Source: a virus
Lineage: Duplodnaviria; Caudoviricetes
Virus record (IMG/VR): IMGVR_UViG_3300046777_002911
Location: 1 to 59,090 of that record
Strand: one strand, 5' to 3'
Length of the DNA: 59,090 nucleotides
Within the stretch, counting starts at the first letter, position 1, and each line of letters opens with the position of its first letter. Below the pieces are notes generated by a model. The model searched no databases. It was given only the letters and a program-made list of their open reading frames with translations, and had not been told where the DNA came from. Below, one piece after another: positions 21,458-31,799 of this stretch. The translations under genes and the position numbers were made by a program.

Positions 21458-23116
21458 ATGGCGATTAAAGACTATTTACCTTTTCAAAGAGTAGACAACG
21501 CAAACAATTTTTCTGATAAGTCTTTGGATCCAGAGCAGGTTAAGGGTTTATCCAAGGCAATGAAAATTGCCTCACTTGCTCTTGGATTCCAGGGTACAAA
21601 TTATTTCTTTAACTCAAGAGCAATATTTGAGCGCCCAGCCTATGATTTTGATCGCTTAGTTCAGGCCATTGATACCGATTCTTATGTTAAACAAGCTATA
21701 TCTAAATACAAAGATTTATTCTGGAAAGAAGGTTGGGATATAGTTTCAGAAAATCCTGAAGCAGTATCTTATCTAAAACAAAGAATAGACTTTATGGAAA
21801 TAGCCATGAAGAGACCTTTTGTTGAGTTTTTAATTGAAGTTTCAGATCAACTCTTTAAATTCTCAAACGCTTTTATAGTTAAAGCTAGAGGAGATTTAGG
21901 AGAATATTTTCCAGATAAATTAAATCCAATGAGTGGAGAAAATCCAATAATTGGATATTATTTGATACCAACTGAACAAGTTAGAATATTTAGAGATAAA
22001 CATAATAAACCTAAGTCATATCGTCAGCAAACAGATCCGCTAACTTACATGCCACTGGAAGGTAATCCAGTATGGACCGCCGACAAGGTAATTCATTTAC
22101 ATTTTGATAGAAAAGTTGGAAGAGCATTCGGTACGCCTTTCTTAATAAACGTACTAGATGATGTTATAGCACTTCGTCAAATTGAAGAAGATATTCAAAA
22201 CTTAGTACATAGAGAATTGTTCCCTCTTTATAAATATAAGATTGGAACAGCAGAGCAGCCAGCTGAACCAGAAGAGATTACGCAAGCAGCTATAGAAATT
22301 GAAAACTTAAGAGCTGAAGGTGGACTAATACTTCCGTTTAGACATGATGTAGAAGTAATAGGTTCACAAAACGCATCGCTTGATGCAAGTCAATATTTAA
22401 ATCATTTTAAAGAACGTGTTGCAATTGGACTTGGTGTTGCACCTCATCATATTGGCATGTCTTTAAATGGTGGCAATAGATCAGTTACAGAAAGATTAGA
22501 TGTCGCTCTGTATGATCGCATCAAACAAATGCAAAAGATTTTTTCTGAGATGGTTAGATTAAATATATTCAATGAACTTTTATTTGAAGGCGGATTTGAT
22601 CCAATCACTAATCCAACCGAATCAAGTATATCTGATAGGTGTTTCTTTAAGTTTAAAGAAATAGATGTTGATACACAGGTTAAAAAAGAAAATCATATTA
22701 TACAAAAATATGTAAATAATTTAATAACTCTTGAAGAAGCTAGATTAGCGTTAGGTTACGATCCAGATGTTGATCTTGACAATATCTATGCCGCAATACA
22801 AGGAGATGTACAAGTAGACATATCTAAAGCAACAGCAAAAGCTCAAGCAGCAGCTGCTCCAGCTCAAGCTAAGGGAAGTGCACCAGAACCAAAAACTACA
22901 GATGGTCAACCATCAGTTCAAACTGGGCAAAGAAATTTACCTAATTCAAAAAGAGGTAATGCAAATAAAATGAGGCCCATGAATCAGAATGGAAGAAGAA
23001 ATTCTCCAGACATTAAAAGATATGACAATAATTTCTTATCTGTAATTGAATCCTTGCTTGATAAAGAGTATACTGTTGTAGAAGCAGATGTTGAAAAGGA
23101 AAATAATGATGTTTGA
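21458..23116 (+). CDS. portal protein
   Basis: size and position between terminase and protease; NAFIVK, VIHLHFDR..GRAFGTP, GLGVAP, ITLEEARLALG motifs. Confidence 0.85.
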   Translation: MAIKDYLPFQRVDNANNFSDKSLDPEQVKGLSKAMKIASLALGFQGTNYFFNSRAIFERPAYDFDRLVQAIDTDSYVKQAISKYKDLFWKEGWDIVSENPEAVSYLKQRIDFMEIAMKRPFVEFLIEVSDQLFKFSNAFIVKARGDLGEYFPDKLNPMSGENPIIGYYLIPTEQVRIFRDKHNKPKSYRQQTDPLTYMPLEGNPVWTADKVIHLHFDRKVGRAFGTPFLINVLDDVIALRQIEEDIQNLVHRELFPLYKYKIGTAEQPAEPEEITQAAIEIENLRAEGGLILPFRHDVEVIGSQNASLDASQYLNHFKERVAIGLGVAPHHIGMSLNGGNRSVTERLDVALYDRIKQMQKIFSEMVRLNIFNELLFEGGFDPITNPTESSISDRCFFKFKEIDVDTQVKKENHIIQKYVNNLITLEEARLALGYDPDVDLDNIYAAIQGDVQVDISKATAKAQAAAAPAQAKGSAPEPKTTDGQPSVQTGQRNLPNSKRGNANKMRPMNQNGRRNSPDIKRYDNNFLSVIESLLDKEYTVVEADVEKENNDV

Positions 23117-23411
23117 TGTAAATGAAAAAATAACAAGTAGTCAAAATACAGAAGAAGATTCACTGCAGGTTTTTAGAAGAGCGGTTAATAATGGTCAAAC
23201 CAGATTAGCTCTAGAAGCTTTGGTTGATGTAATTGACGCAATTGTAGAGATTTTAACACCAGATGAAGAAGAGCAAGAGCAAGATCACGTTGAAATAAAG
23301 CAACCAGCTGCAACTGTTGAAATAAAAGAAGAAAAATTAGAAACACCAGCTGCTCCTGTAACATCTACAAAAAAGAAAACAAAAGAAACTACAACTGACA
23401 CCGCAGAATAA
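23106..23411 (+). CDS. hypothetical acidic protein
   Basis: AAGGA SD; overlaps the portal stop. Confidence 0.7.
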   Translation: MMFDVNEKITSSQNTEEDSLQVFRRAVNNGQTRLALEALVDVIDAIVEILTPDEEEQEQDHVEIKQPAATVEIKEEKLETPAAPVTSTKKKTKETTTDTAE

Positions 23412-23416
23412 TTTTT

Positions 23417-24187
23417 ATGTCTAAGTTAGTGATTGGTTGTCCAATCTATAAAAGAGATTGGATTTTTCCTTACTGGATTTCTTGTATTGAAAATCAAAAT
23501 ATAGATTTTTCAAAAATTGGTTTTTTGTTTATAGTTTCACCAGACGATGAAAAGACTATAACAATGCTCACAAGATATAAAAATTCAAGACCAGATATAT
23601 CAGAATTTATTATTGATATAAAATCAGACATACCACATTTTTCTCACGAAGAAGGCTCTAGAACATGGAGCTTAGCTAGATACGAAAACATGGTAATGTT
23701 ACGTAACTCAATGTTAAAAAAAGTAAGAGAAATAAAACCAAAATATTTCTTTAGTTTAGATTCTGATATTTTACTAACTAATCCTAATACGATACAACTA
23801 CTTATATCTCACATTCAATCTGGCGCAGATGCAGTAAGTCCACTTATGTTTATGACTCCCACTGGAACTATGTATCCAAGTGTAATGAATTGGATAAAAG
23901 AACCAGGCGGTCAAGCTTATAGACAAGAAATGTATCCCCTTGGTGAATACTTTAAAGCAGATGTAATTATGGCTGCAAAAATGATGTCAGAAAAAGTTTA
24001 TGAAAATGTGGATTATGCACTGCACTCTCAGGGAGAAGATTTAGGCTGGTCAGGAAATGCAGCTAAGTTAGGTTATAACCTCTTTTCCGCATCATACGTA
24101 TACGCTCCACACATAATGCATAAGCAAATGTTAGAATATTTTTTGGCAAATGGTGACCCTAGGGGCAATTTTTTTGCAACAGCTTAA
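23417..24187 (+). CDS. glycosyltransferase (GT-A fold, GT2-like)
   Basis: VIGCPIY start, RNSML, FSLDSD DxD motif, GEDLGW. Confidence 0.8.
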   Translation: MSKLVIGCPIYKRDWIFPYWISCIENQNIDFSKIGFLFIVSPDDEKTITMLTRYKNSRPDISEFIIDIKSDIPHFSHEEGSRTWSLARYENMVMLRNSMLKKVREIKPKYFFSLDSDILLTNPNTIQLLISHIQSGADAVSPLMFMTPTGTMYPSVMNWIKEPGGQAYRQEMYPLGEYFKADVIMAAKMMSEKVYENVDYALHSQGEDLGWSGNAAKLGYNLFSASYVYAPHIMHKQMLEYFLANGDPRGNFFATA

Positions 24188-24273
24188 AAGTATGATATCT
24201 TTATATAAGATTGTTTAATCTTATAAAACTTAATTTACTATAAATAACACATTAAAATAAATGGAGTAATACA

Positions 24274-26299
24274 ATGGCATTTGATTTCGTTGAAAATTTT
24301 ACACTCCAACTTCCTGATCTATCAGGGTTGGAAAATGATTTTTCCGAATCATTCAATAAGAACCATGGCCTTATTATTGAAGTAGCCGCAATCCACGAAC
24401 GGACTTACCGCTAACTACAATAACTACTCAGCTGCTGAATTAGAAAAAGCTCTTCAATCTTGGGTTGAGCCATATCCTAAGCCAATTATTTTAAACCATG
24501 ATTTAAATTCAGAACCAATTGGTAGAGTTATTGCAGCCAAAATGGATAAAGAAGAAGATGGCGCACCATACGTTAGGTTGCAAGTTGCAATAACCGATCC
24601 ACTAGCTGCTCAAAAAATATCAGATAAAAGATATCTTACTGGTTCCGTTGGTGGCAGAGCAGGAAAAGCAGTATGCTCTATTTCAGGCGAAGATCTAGCA
24701 GCTGAATCATCTGACGGCAGGCCAAAACTTGCTAAGTATAAGCGTGGTCAAGTCTATAAGGGGAAACTTGCATTCGTTGATATGCAAGATATTTCTTTTA
24801 AAGAGTATTCATTTGTAAATCAACCAGCAGATCAAAGATCTAGCGTAAGAGCATCAAAGTCAATTGATGGCACCACTCCAATATCTGATTCCGATACTTG
24901 GACAGCAAAAAGTACAGCTTTTATTTTACATATGGATAAAGAAGATATTGTTTCTGTTGAGGAAAATGAATCAATATTGAAAAATATGAAGAAAAAAGAA
25001 TCAAGACCTCTTTATCTTCATCTTAAGGGAGCTTTTTTGACAGCTCTAGCTTTTCAGGAAAGCGAAACTGCTAAGGCTGATAATACGCCATTACTATCAG
25101 AAAAGACAATTATTAATGAGGAGAATCTTGAAATGGATGAAACCACAAAGAATGAAGATGTTTTGGCAGCTGTTGAAAATCTAAGCCAAGATCTTTCAAA
25201 TATTGCTGCTGGAACAGTGGCTGAAGAATCCGATGCAGAACAACAAGAAGAAGTAGCGGTAGTAGAAGCTTCTTTAGAAGAAGCTGCTCCTGCTGGAGTT
25301 GCTGGTGCGCTTCAAAAAGTTTTGAACGATACAGTTGTGTTCTATTATGCAGCTCAAAGAGCGCATTGGAATGTAGAAGGTGATGACTTTACACAATATC
25401 ACGATCTTTTTGCATCCATATATGAAGATGCACTAAGTTCGCTTGATTCAGTTGCAGAAAATATGAGAAAGCTTCAGGCTTTTCCTGCAACTTTAACAGA
25501 ATCTGTTATGAATGCATCATTTAAGGACGACGCTACAGTTACAGAAGCAATGGGATTGGCTTCATCTCTTTTAGAAAAAAATAATGCAGTTAATGCAAGC
25601 GTGTTAGCAGCTTTTGCAGAAGCTAACTCCGCTAACGAACAAGGAATTGCAAATTTCCTAGCAGAACGCGACGATATGCACAAGAAATGGGCATGGCAGT
25701 TAAGAGCTTCTTTGAAAGAAGAAGGCATGGAGCCAGCAAAAGAGTCTTGGAATATCGGCAAAGAATCTGAAGTAGTTACAGAAGCAACAGAAGAACCAGC
25801 TACAGATGCGGTTGATTCTGCCACAGTTGAAACTCCTACAGAAAGTAAAGAGCAAGAAGAGCCAAAAGCAGAGCTCACCAATAACATTGAAGTTGCTGAG
25901 CAAGATGCAGTAAGCGATGATAAACTTCAAGCTCTCCAAGAAGAAAATGCAAAGCTCAGAGAAGCACTACATCGCACGCTTGCTGAAAGAGTAGTTGATA
26001 CAAAAATTTCATTAGGAACAGAATCAGTAGAAGATAGAGAAGAATTGATTAAAGATCATGTTTCTCGTTCAGCTGGTTCTTTGGCGGACACTTTAAGAGA
26101 TTTGGCAAAGATGCCAATGGCAAAAAAGAGCACCGCAAAACTTAATGAAACTGCAATCGTTGAAAACGATATTGTTCTTGAACAAGAAGATAATGTCGTC
26201 GTAGAAGATGAAGAAATCGTAGCAACTGCACCAAAGGCAAAAGTAAATACAGTTGAAGAACTATTTGTAGATGCCTTCATGGGCCGTCGTAAACTCTAA
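24274..26299 (+). CDS. prohead protease/scaffold with an internal Dps domain, about 674 aa, joined across a +1 shift at CGGA 24400
   Basis: IHE-G-LTANYNNYS...PIILNHD...PIGRV...TGSVG...EYSFVNQPAD protease motifs; acidic scaffold tail; GGAG SD and TACTATAA upstream of ATG 24274. Confidence 0.85.
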
Positions 26300-26327
26300 A
26301 AAATAAATATACATAAGGAGAAATTAA

Positions 26328-27083
26328 ATGTCATTAGCAAAATTTCGTAAGGTAGGCACTAAGACAGGTGCTGGTCGCTTCGTTGTTTCTGAGGGTATTG
26401 CACCATCAGCTTACATCTTGCCATCAGTTGCCTTGCCAACATACTACCTAGATTCAGAAGATAGCCGTTTTGAAATTGTTATTCCAAAGGGAACAATCCT
26501 TTCTGTTGTAACAGATGCAAATGGCGACTCACGCTTTGTTCCAGCTAACGGTAGCAGCTCTTCAGTAACATGGGGCGACACAATTGACGGTTGGGACCCA
26601 CTTGCAGGAGCAACACCAGTTGCTGGTGCATCTGGAGATACACAGGCAGTAGCTGCTCGTTCAGTTCCTGTTGGTTGTGCACAATATGATCTCTACAGAC
26701 CATTTGATAAGGGAACATCGCAAGGTGCAGGCTTTATCGTTAGAGGTTATGTTGAGTATCCAATGGTTACAAATGTCAACGCTGATTTGGCAGCAGGTGA
26801 CTTGGTAGCCCCAGACTTCATGGGTCGTCCAAGAAAACTCTCCACATCAGATGCAGGCACATATCCATGGTTGCAAGTTGGTAAGGTTATTGAAGTTGAG
26901 AAGTTTGCTACAAACTTTGATGACGGTCTCCTTTCCTACATGCTCTTGCCATCTGACCCAGGTGCTCTCAAGACAGTATTTGAGCTCACCCGCGAAGGTA
27001 GCTACAAGGGTAAGTTGGGCATCCGCTCTAACTTAGATGTTACGAATGTTGTTGGCGCATTCCGCGTGAACTTAACACTCTAA
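26328..27083 (+). CDS. putative head decoration/minor capsid protein
   Basis: lies between scaffold and major capsid; strong AAGGAG SD; IPKGTI motif. Confidence 0.7.
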   Translation: MSLAKFRKVGTKTGAGRFVVSEGIAPSAYILPSVALPTYYLDSEDSRFEIVIPKGTILSVVTDANGDSRFVPANGSSSSVTWGDTIDGWDPLAGATPVAGASGDTQAVAARSVPVGCAQYDLYRPFDKGTSQGAGFIVRGYVEYPMVTNVNADLAAGDLVAPDFMGRPRKLSTSDAGTYPWLQVGKVIEVEKFATNFDDGLLSYMLLPSDPGALKTVFELTREGSYKGKLGIRSNLDVTNVVGAFRVNLTL

Positions 27084-27134
27084 TAAAAAAGAAAACAAAA
27101 AAGAAAATAATAAAACAGGAGGATATATCCTAAG

Positions 27135-28202
27135 ATGAGTAAGACAATCCAAGAACTCCTCTCGGGTCTCCCAGCTTGGGAAGCCGCATTTGCTGAGGAT
27201 GGTTACATCGATTCAGATAACAGAGTTACAATTAAGGAAGCATTCGGTTCGTCAGACGCAGCCGCTTTGTTCCCTAAAGTAATTTCTCGTACTCTGCGCG
27301 AAGCAGCCGAACCACAGCTTTTGGTAACTCCGCTTCTTTCTACAGTACGCCTTGGTAAGGGTCGTTCTTTGGAATTTCCAGCGGTAAATGCAATTCAAGC
27401 TGCTGAGATCCCAGAAGGACAAGAGTACCCAGAACAAGCTCTCGCATTTGCTAAGCAGATCGAGGGTAAGGTGTCAAAGAAGGGCGTTAAGCTGGCTTTC
27501 ACAGAGGAAGTTATTGCTGATTCTCTTTGGGACATCGTAGGCCTCCATGTACGTGCCGCTGGCCGTGCAATGGCACGTTTGAAAGAGCAAATTGCTCTGA
27601 GTCGTTTTAAGGACGCAGCTACAATTGTGTACGACAACGACGACACAGGAAACTATGACAGAACAATCGGCCGTGGTATCGATGGTGAATTCAATGACAC
27701 CCTCGCATGGGACGATGTTGTGGACATGGCAGCTGTGTTAATGGCCGAAAACCACATACCAACAGACTTCATCCTTCACCCACTAATGTGGTCGGTGTTC
27801 CTCAAGGACTCCATCTTCCACATGGGTGGCGCTGCATCAGCTGTTAATACCAGCTGGGGCTACCGCCCACAGTCAAAGGATGGCGCTCTTAACGCAACAG
27901 CTCCAATGGGCTTGAACGTGTTGGTATCACCATTCGTAAGCTTTACAGCTAAGAGTGGCGCAACACCAGCTAAGTCAGACGTGTTCCTAATTGACCGTAA
28001 TGAGGTCGGAACTCTTCTTGTTAAGGATGACATGAGCACAGATCAGTTTGATGATCCATCACGTGACATCCGCTCCATGAAGATGAAAGAGCGCTATGAC
28101 ATCATTATGCTGGGTGACGGTGAGGGTATCACTGTTGCTAAGAACATCAGACTTGCCCGTAACTACGAGGTTGGCGTTTTCAACCAGGTAACTCTGTCAT
28201 AA
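27135..28202 (+). CDS. major capsid protein (HK97-like fold)
   Basis: 355 aa; AGGAGG SD; EIPEGQEYP, KKG...FTEEVIADS motifs; followed by a strong terminator. Confidence 0.88.
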   Translation: MSKTIQELLSGLPAWEAAFAEDGYIDSDNRVTIKEAFGSSDAAALFPKVISRTLREAAEPQLLVTPLLSTVRLGKGRSLEFPAVNAIQAAEIPEGQEYPEQALAFAKQIEGKVSKKGVKLAFTEEVIADSLWDIVGLHVRAAGRAMARLKEQIALSRFKDAATIVYDNDDTGNYDRTIGRGIDGEFNDTLAWDDVVDMAAVLMAENHIPTDFILHPLMWSVFLKDSIFHMGGAASAVNTSWGYRPQSKDGALNATAPMGLNVLVSPFVSFTAKSGATPAKSDVFLIDRNEVGTLLVKDDMSTDQFDDPSRDIRSMKMKERYDIIMLGDGEGITVAKNIRLARNYEVGVFNQVTLS

Positions 28203-28242
28203 AACCTTAGGCTGTTATAGTTACGACACAGCTTAGAAAGTA

Positions 28243-28273
28243 GGGGGCAGCGAAAGCTGCCCCTTATTTTTTT
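28243..28273 (+). terminator. rho-independent terminator after the capsid gene
   Basis: GGGGCAGC-GAAA-GCTGCCCC stem followed by TTATTTTTTT. Confidence 0.9.
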
Positions 28274-28323
28274 GTATAAACCTTGTTACTAAATATATAT
28301 AAGATTTTCTGAGGAGATATATA

Positions 28324-29097
28324 GTGGCACTTAACCTTTTAGACTATGCCTCAGTTGGTGTAGATAAAGTAAAAATTAAATTTGGTAGAACAATAAAGGT
28401 TAGTTCTATTACAAACAGTAAATTTATAGTACAAACAACTGATGCCACTCCAGTTGCTATTGCAAACCCGTTTAAAACTATAAATACTTTAGCTGACTAT
28501 AATAGTATTTCCAGAACTCTAACCCTCTATTGGGATAAGGTTTTAACATCTGGTCAAGAATACTACATAAGAGTAGTTGGACTACTTGATGCAGCAAACG
28601 AAGTGGTTGCAGAAGAATATATAAAATTCACCAAAATAGATGCAGCTACACCATCTGGTTTTTCTACCTCAATAGTTCCCGAAATAGAAGAAATATTAGT
28701 AGAAGATAATTCAGTATTAACAGAAGCGTACGCTAGTTATCAAATTATTGCCAAAAACCCTAAATTCTATATTGATTCAGTTGAACCAAAAAATGGTGAT
28801 TTTTATATAAATAATAATAATGAAAATGGAAGAGTAACTATAACATTCAATGCTCGTCCCGCATCAAACTTTTTATCTAACAAATATTTTAAAGTACAAA
28901 GAAAAAAAATACAAAAAGCACCAAGTCGTTGGGAAAACATAAGCACTTTAGTGCAAATGCACTCTTGGAAACCAGAAGTGTATATAGATTTCCCTTCTTT
29001 AAATGACGCAACACCTAGTTACTATACCGATGGTAAAGATTATTTTGAATCTGGATATAAGTACAAAATAATTGTTTCTAAAGATGTAGGTATATAA
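28324..29097 (+). CDS. putative virion protein with Ig-like beta domains
   Basis: GAGGAG SD; beta-rich, LTSGQEYYIRV-type strands. Confidence 0.65.
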   Translation: MALNLLDYASVGVDKVKIKFGRTIKVSSITNSKFIVQTTDATPVAIANPFKTINTLADYNSISRTLTLYWDKVLTSGQEYYIRVVGLLDAANEVVAEEYIKFTKIDAATPSGFSTSIVPEIEEILVEDNSVLTEAYASYQIIAKNPKFYIDSVEPKNGDFYINNNNENGRVTITFNARPASNFLSNKYFKVQRKKIQKAPSRWENISTLVQMHSWKPEVYIDFPSLNDATPSYYTDGKDYFESGYKYKIIVSKDVGI

Positions 29098-29098
29098 A

Positions 29099-29509
29099 AT
29101 GTCTAATTTTATTTATAAAAAAGCAAAAGAGGCATTTTTAAATGGAGATATTGATTTAAATTCAAATGATATAAAAGTAGCTTTTATTAAAACTTTATTA
29201 TATACTCCAAATTTAAACTCAGATGAATTTTTATCAGACATACCAACTTTAGCAAAAGTATATAAGAGTAACGCCTTAGATAATGTTTCAACAACACTAG
29301 GCGTCCTAGACGCAGATGATTTAATAGCAAACTATAATGGTAATGCTTTTGAAGCAATAGTGTTGTATCAATATGGAACTACAGATTCAGATTCTAGATT
29401 AATTAGTTATATTGATACTTCGGAAGGTCTACCGTTTCCAGGAACAGCAGATTCGTCAACGATATCACTACAGTGGGATAATACTTCTACAAAAATTATT
29501 AGTTTTTAG
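29099..29509 (+). CDS. putative virion structural protein, 136 aa
   Basis: coupled ORF in the structural operon. Confidence 0.65.
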   Translation: MSNFIYKKAKEAFLNGDIDLNSNDIKVAFIKTLLYTPNLNSDEFLSDIPTLAKVYKSNALDNVSTTLGVLDADDLIANYNGNAFEAIVLYQYGTTDSDSRLISYIDTSEGLPFPGTADSSTISLQWDNTSTKIISF

Positions 29510-29516
29510 GAAAAAT

Positions 29517-29870
29517 ATGGCAACAAATTATCCAAATCAATTAGATGTTTTAATAAATCCAACAGCAACAGATCAATTAAATTCTAATACCGTTCCACAC
29601 CATCAGCAGCATGCAAACCTTAATGACGCCGTAGAGGCAGTTCAGACAGTACTTGGTGTTAATCCAGCTGGATCACATCTTACCGTTAAAGATAGAATTG
29701 TAGCTTTGGAATCAAACATTAGTAGTTTAAATGGTCTTGGAGATGTTACTATAAGTAATATTGGAACAAAAGACGTATTAATTTATAATGGATCTCAATG
29801 GGTTAATAAATCTGTTGAATCTTTAGCAGACAACAGCGCTGAATTAAATATTAATGGAGGAAATTTTTAA
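29517..29870 (+). CDS. putative fibre-associated protein, 117 aa
   Basis: AGGA SD; HANLNDAVEAVQTVLG and L.DV.I...VLIYNGSQWVN repeat; ends in GGNF. Confidence 0.7.
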   Translation: MATNYPNQLDVLINPTATDQLNSNTVPHHQQHANLNDAVEAVQTVLGVNPAGSHLTVKDRIVALESNISSLNGLGDVTISNIGTKDVLIYNGSQWVNKSVESLADNSAELNINGGNF

Positions 29871-31778
29871 ATGGCTAATATATTAAGAATTAAAAGAAGA
29901 GCTGGTACTGGTTCTGCTGGCGCACCAAGTTCTTTAAAAAACGCTGAATTAGCATTTAACGAAGCAGATAATACACTCTATTATGGTTACGGCGATGACG
30001 GTAGCGGTAATGCAAATACCATCCCAGCAATTGCTGGTGTTGGCGCATTTGTCTCTTTGGGAACTGATCAAACAATTTCAGGTAATAAAACATTTAATGG
30101 CGTAACAATTGTTGCAACTCCAAGCGCTAACTCGCACGCATCAACAAAACTTTATGTTGACCAACAAATATCTAATGTCAGTAGTCAAATAGCTAATGTT
30201 AGTACAACATTTACAGCAGCTGGAGATACTGGTAACGTTAGTATTGCAACAGGTGTAGACACTCTCACGATTGCTGGTGGTACAGGTTTAACTTCTATTG
30301 CAGCAGCTACTGACACAATTACAATTAATCTTGATAATACAGCCGTAACAGCTGGATCTTATGGTGCAGCAAACACCGTTGCTACATTCACGGTTGATGC
30401 GCAAGGTCGTTTGACTGCAGCTGGTAACACAACGATTAATATTAACGCTGGTCAAATTACTGGGTTCACAGAAGACGCACAAGACGCAGCAGCAGTTCTG
30501 TTGACAAATGGTACTCATAGCGGTATTAGTGCATCGTATGATGACGCAAACTCTAAAGTGAATCTTACAGTTACAGCTCAATCATTTACAGCAGCAGCAG
30601 ATGGTGGATCAAATCAAACAATTACAGCTGGAGATACATTTACAATTTCTGGTGGTGTTGGATTAACTTCTGCAGCTACAACGGATACAATTACTTTAAA
30701 TCTTGATAACACTGCAGTTACAGCTGGTTCATATGGGGCAGCAAACACAGTAGCAACATTTACAGTAGATGATCAAGGAAGATTAACCGCAGCTGGAAAT
30801 ACTACAATTAACATCAATGCTGGGCAAATTACTGGATTTACAGAAGATGCACAAGATGCAGCTGCCGCTCTTTTTACAAATGCAACTCATTCAGGTGTTT
30901 CCGTTTCTTATGACGATGCTAATTCAAAATTAGCAATAACAAACCTTGGTGTAACTTCTATAGCTGGTACATCAAATGAGATCACTGTTTCTGGAACTGG
31001 TTCTGGTCCTTATACTGGAGCTATTACAATTGGACTTCCAGATGATGTAACAATTGGAAATACTCTTACTGTTACTGGAGATTTAATAGTTCAAGGGAAT
31101 ACAACAACCCTTAACACTGGAACTTTGGTAGTAGAAGATAAAAATATCGTTCTTGCAAATACAGGATCACCAACAGATATAACTGCTGATGGTGCGGGTA
31201 TAACAGTTCTTGGTGATTCTAATAAAACATTTAATTGGGTTGACGCAACAGACGCTTGGACATCATCTGAAAATATAAATCTTGCTACAGGTAAAGTCTA
31301 TGAGATTGCTGGAGTATCAGTTCTAAGCAATACTACTCTTGGCTCTGGTGTAATTAATTCTAGCCTTACCTCGCTCGGAAATGTTGCAACTGGTACTTGG
31401 AGTGCTACCGCTGTAGGAATCTCGTATGGTGGTACTGGAGCAACAACTGCATCAGATGCTAGAACAAATCTTGGTTTGGCAATTGGTTCAAATGTACAAG
31501 CTTACAGTTCAATATTAGCAAACGTTGCAGCTGGAACATATTCTGGTGATGATGACATTGTTACTGTTGGGACTATAACTTCAGGTACCTGGAGTGCAAC
31601 TACGATAGCCTCAAATAAAGGTGGTACTGGATTTACAACCTATGCGACTGGAGATATAATTTACGCCAGTGCAGCAAATACATTATCTAAGCTGTCAATA
31701 GGATCCAGTGGACAAATTCTACAAGTTGTAGCTGGAGTTCCAGCATGGAGTGACACAATAGATGGTGGAACTTTCTAA
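29871..31778 (+). CDS. tail fibre-like protein, 635 aa, with an internal duplication
   Basis: IRIKR...ELAFN N-terminus; VTAGSYG...TVDAQGRLTAA repeats; VEDKNI motif; ends in DGGTF. Confidence 0.8.
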   Translation: MANILRIKRRAGTGSAGAPSSLKNAELAFNEADNTLYYGYGDDGSGNANTIPAIAGVGAFVSLGTDQTISGNKTFNGVTIVATPSANSHASTKLYVDQQISNVSSQIANVSTTFTAAGDTGNVSIATGVDTLTIAGGTGLTSIAAATDTITINLDNTAVTAGSYGAANTVATFTVDAQGRLTAAGNTTININAGQITGFTEDAQDAAAVLLTNGTHSGISASYDDANSKVNLTVTAQSFTAAADGGSNQTITAGDTFTISGGVGLTSAATTDTITLNLDNTAVTAGSYGAANTVATFTVDDQGRLTAAGNTTININAGQITGFTEDAQDAAAALFTNATHSGVSVSYDDANSKLAITNLGVTSIAGTSNEITVSGTGSGPYTGAITIGLPDDVTIGNTLTVTGDLIVQGNTTTLNTGTLVVEDKNIVLANTGSPTDITADGAGITVLGDSNKTFNWVDATDAWTSSENINLATGKVYEIAGVSVLSNTTLGSGVINSSLTSLGNVATGTWSATAVGISYGGTGATTASDARTNLGLAIGSNVQAYSSILANVAAGTYSGDDDIVTVGTITSGTWSATTIASNKGGTGFTTYATGDIIYASAANTLSKLSIGSSGQILQVVAGVPAWSDTIDGGTF

Positions 31779-31799
31779 TTAATTCAAGAAAGGCTTTCC

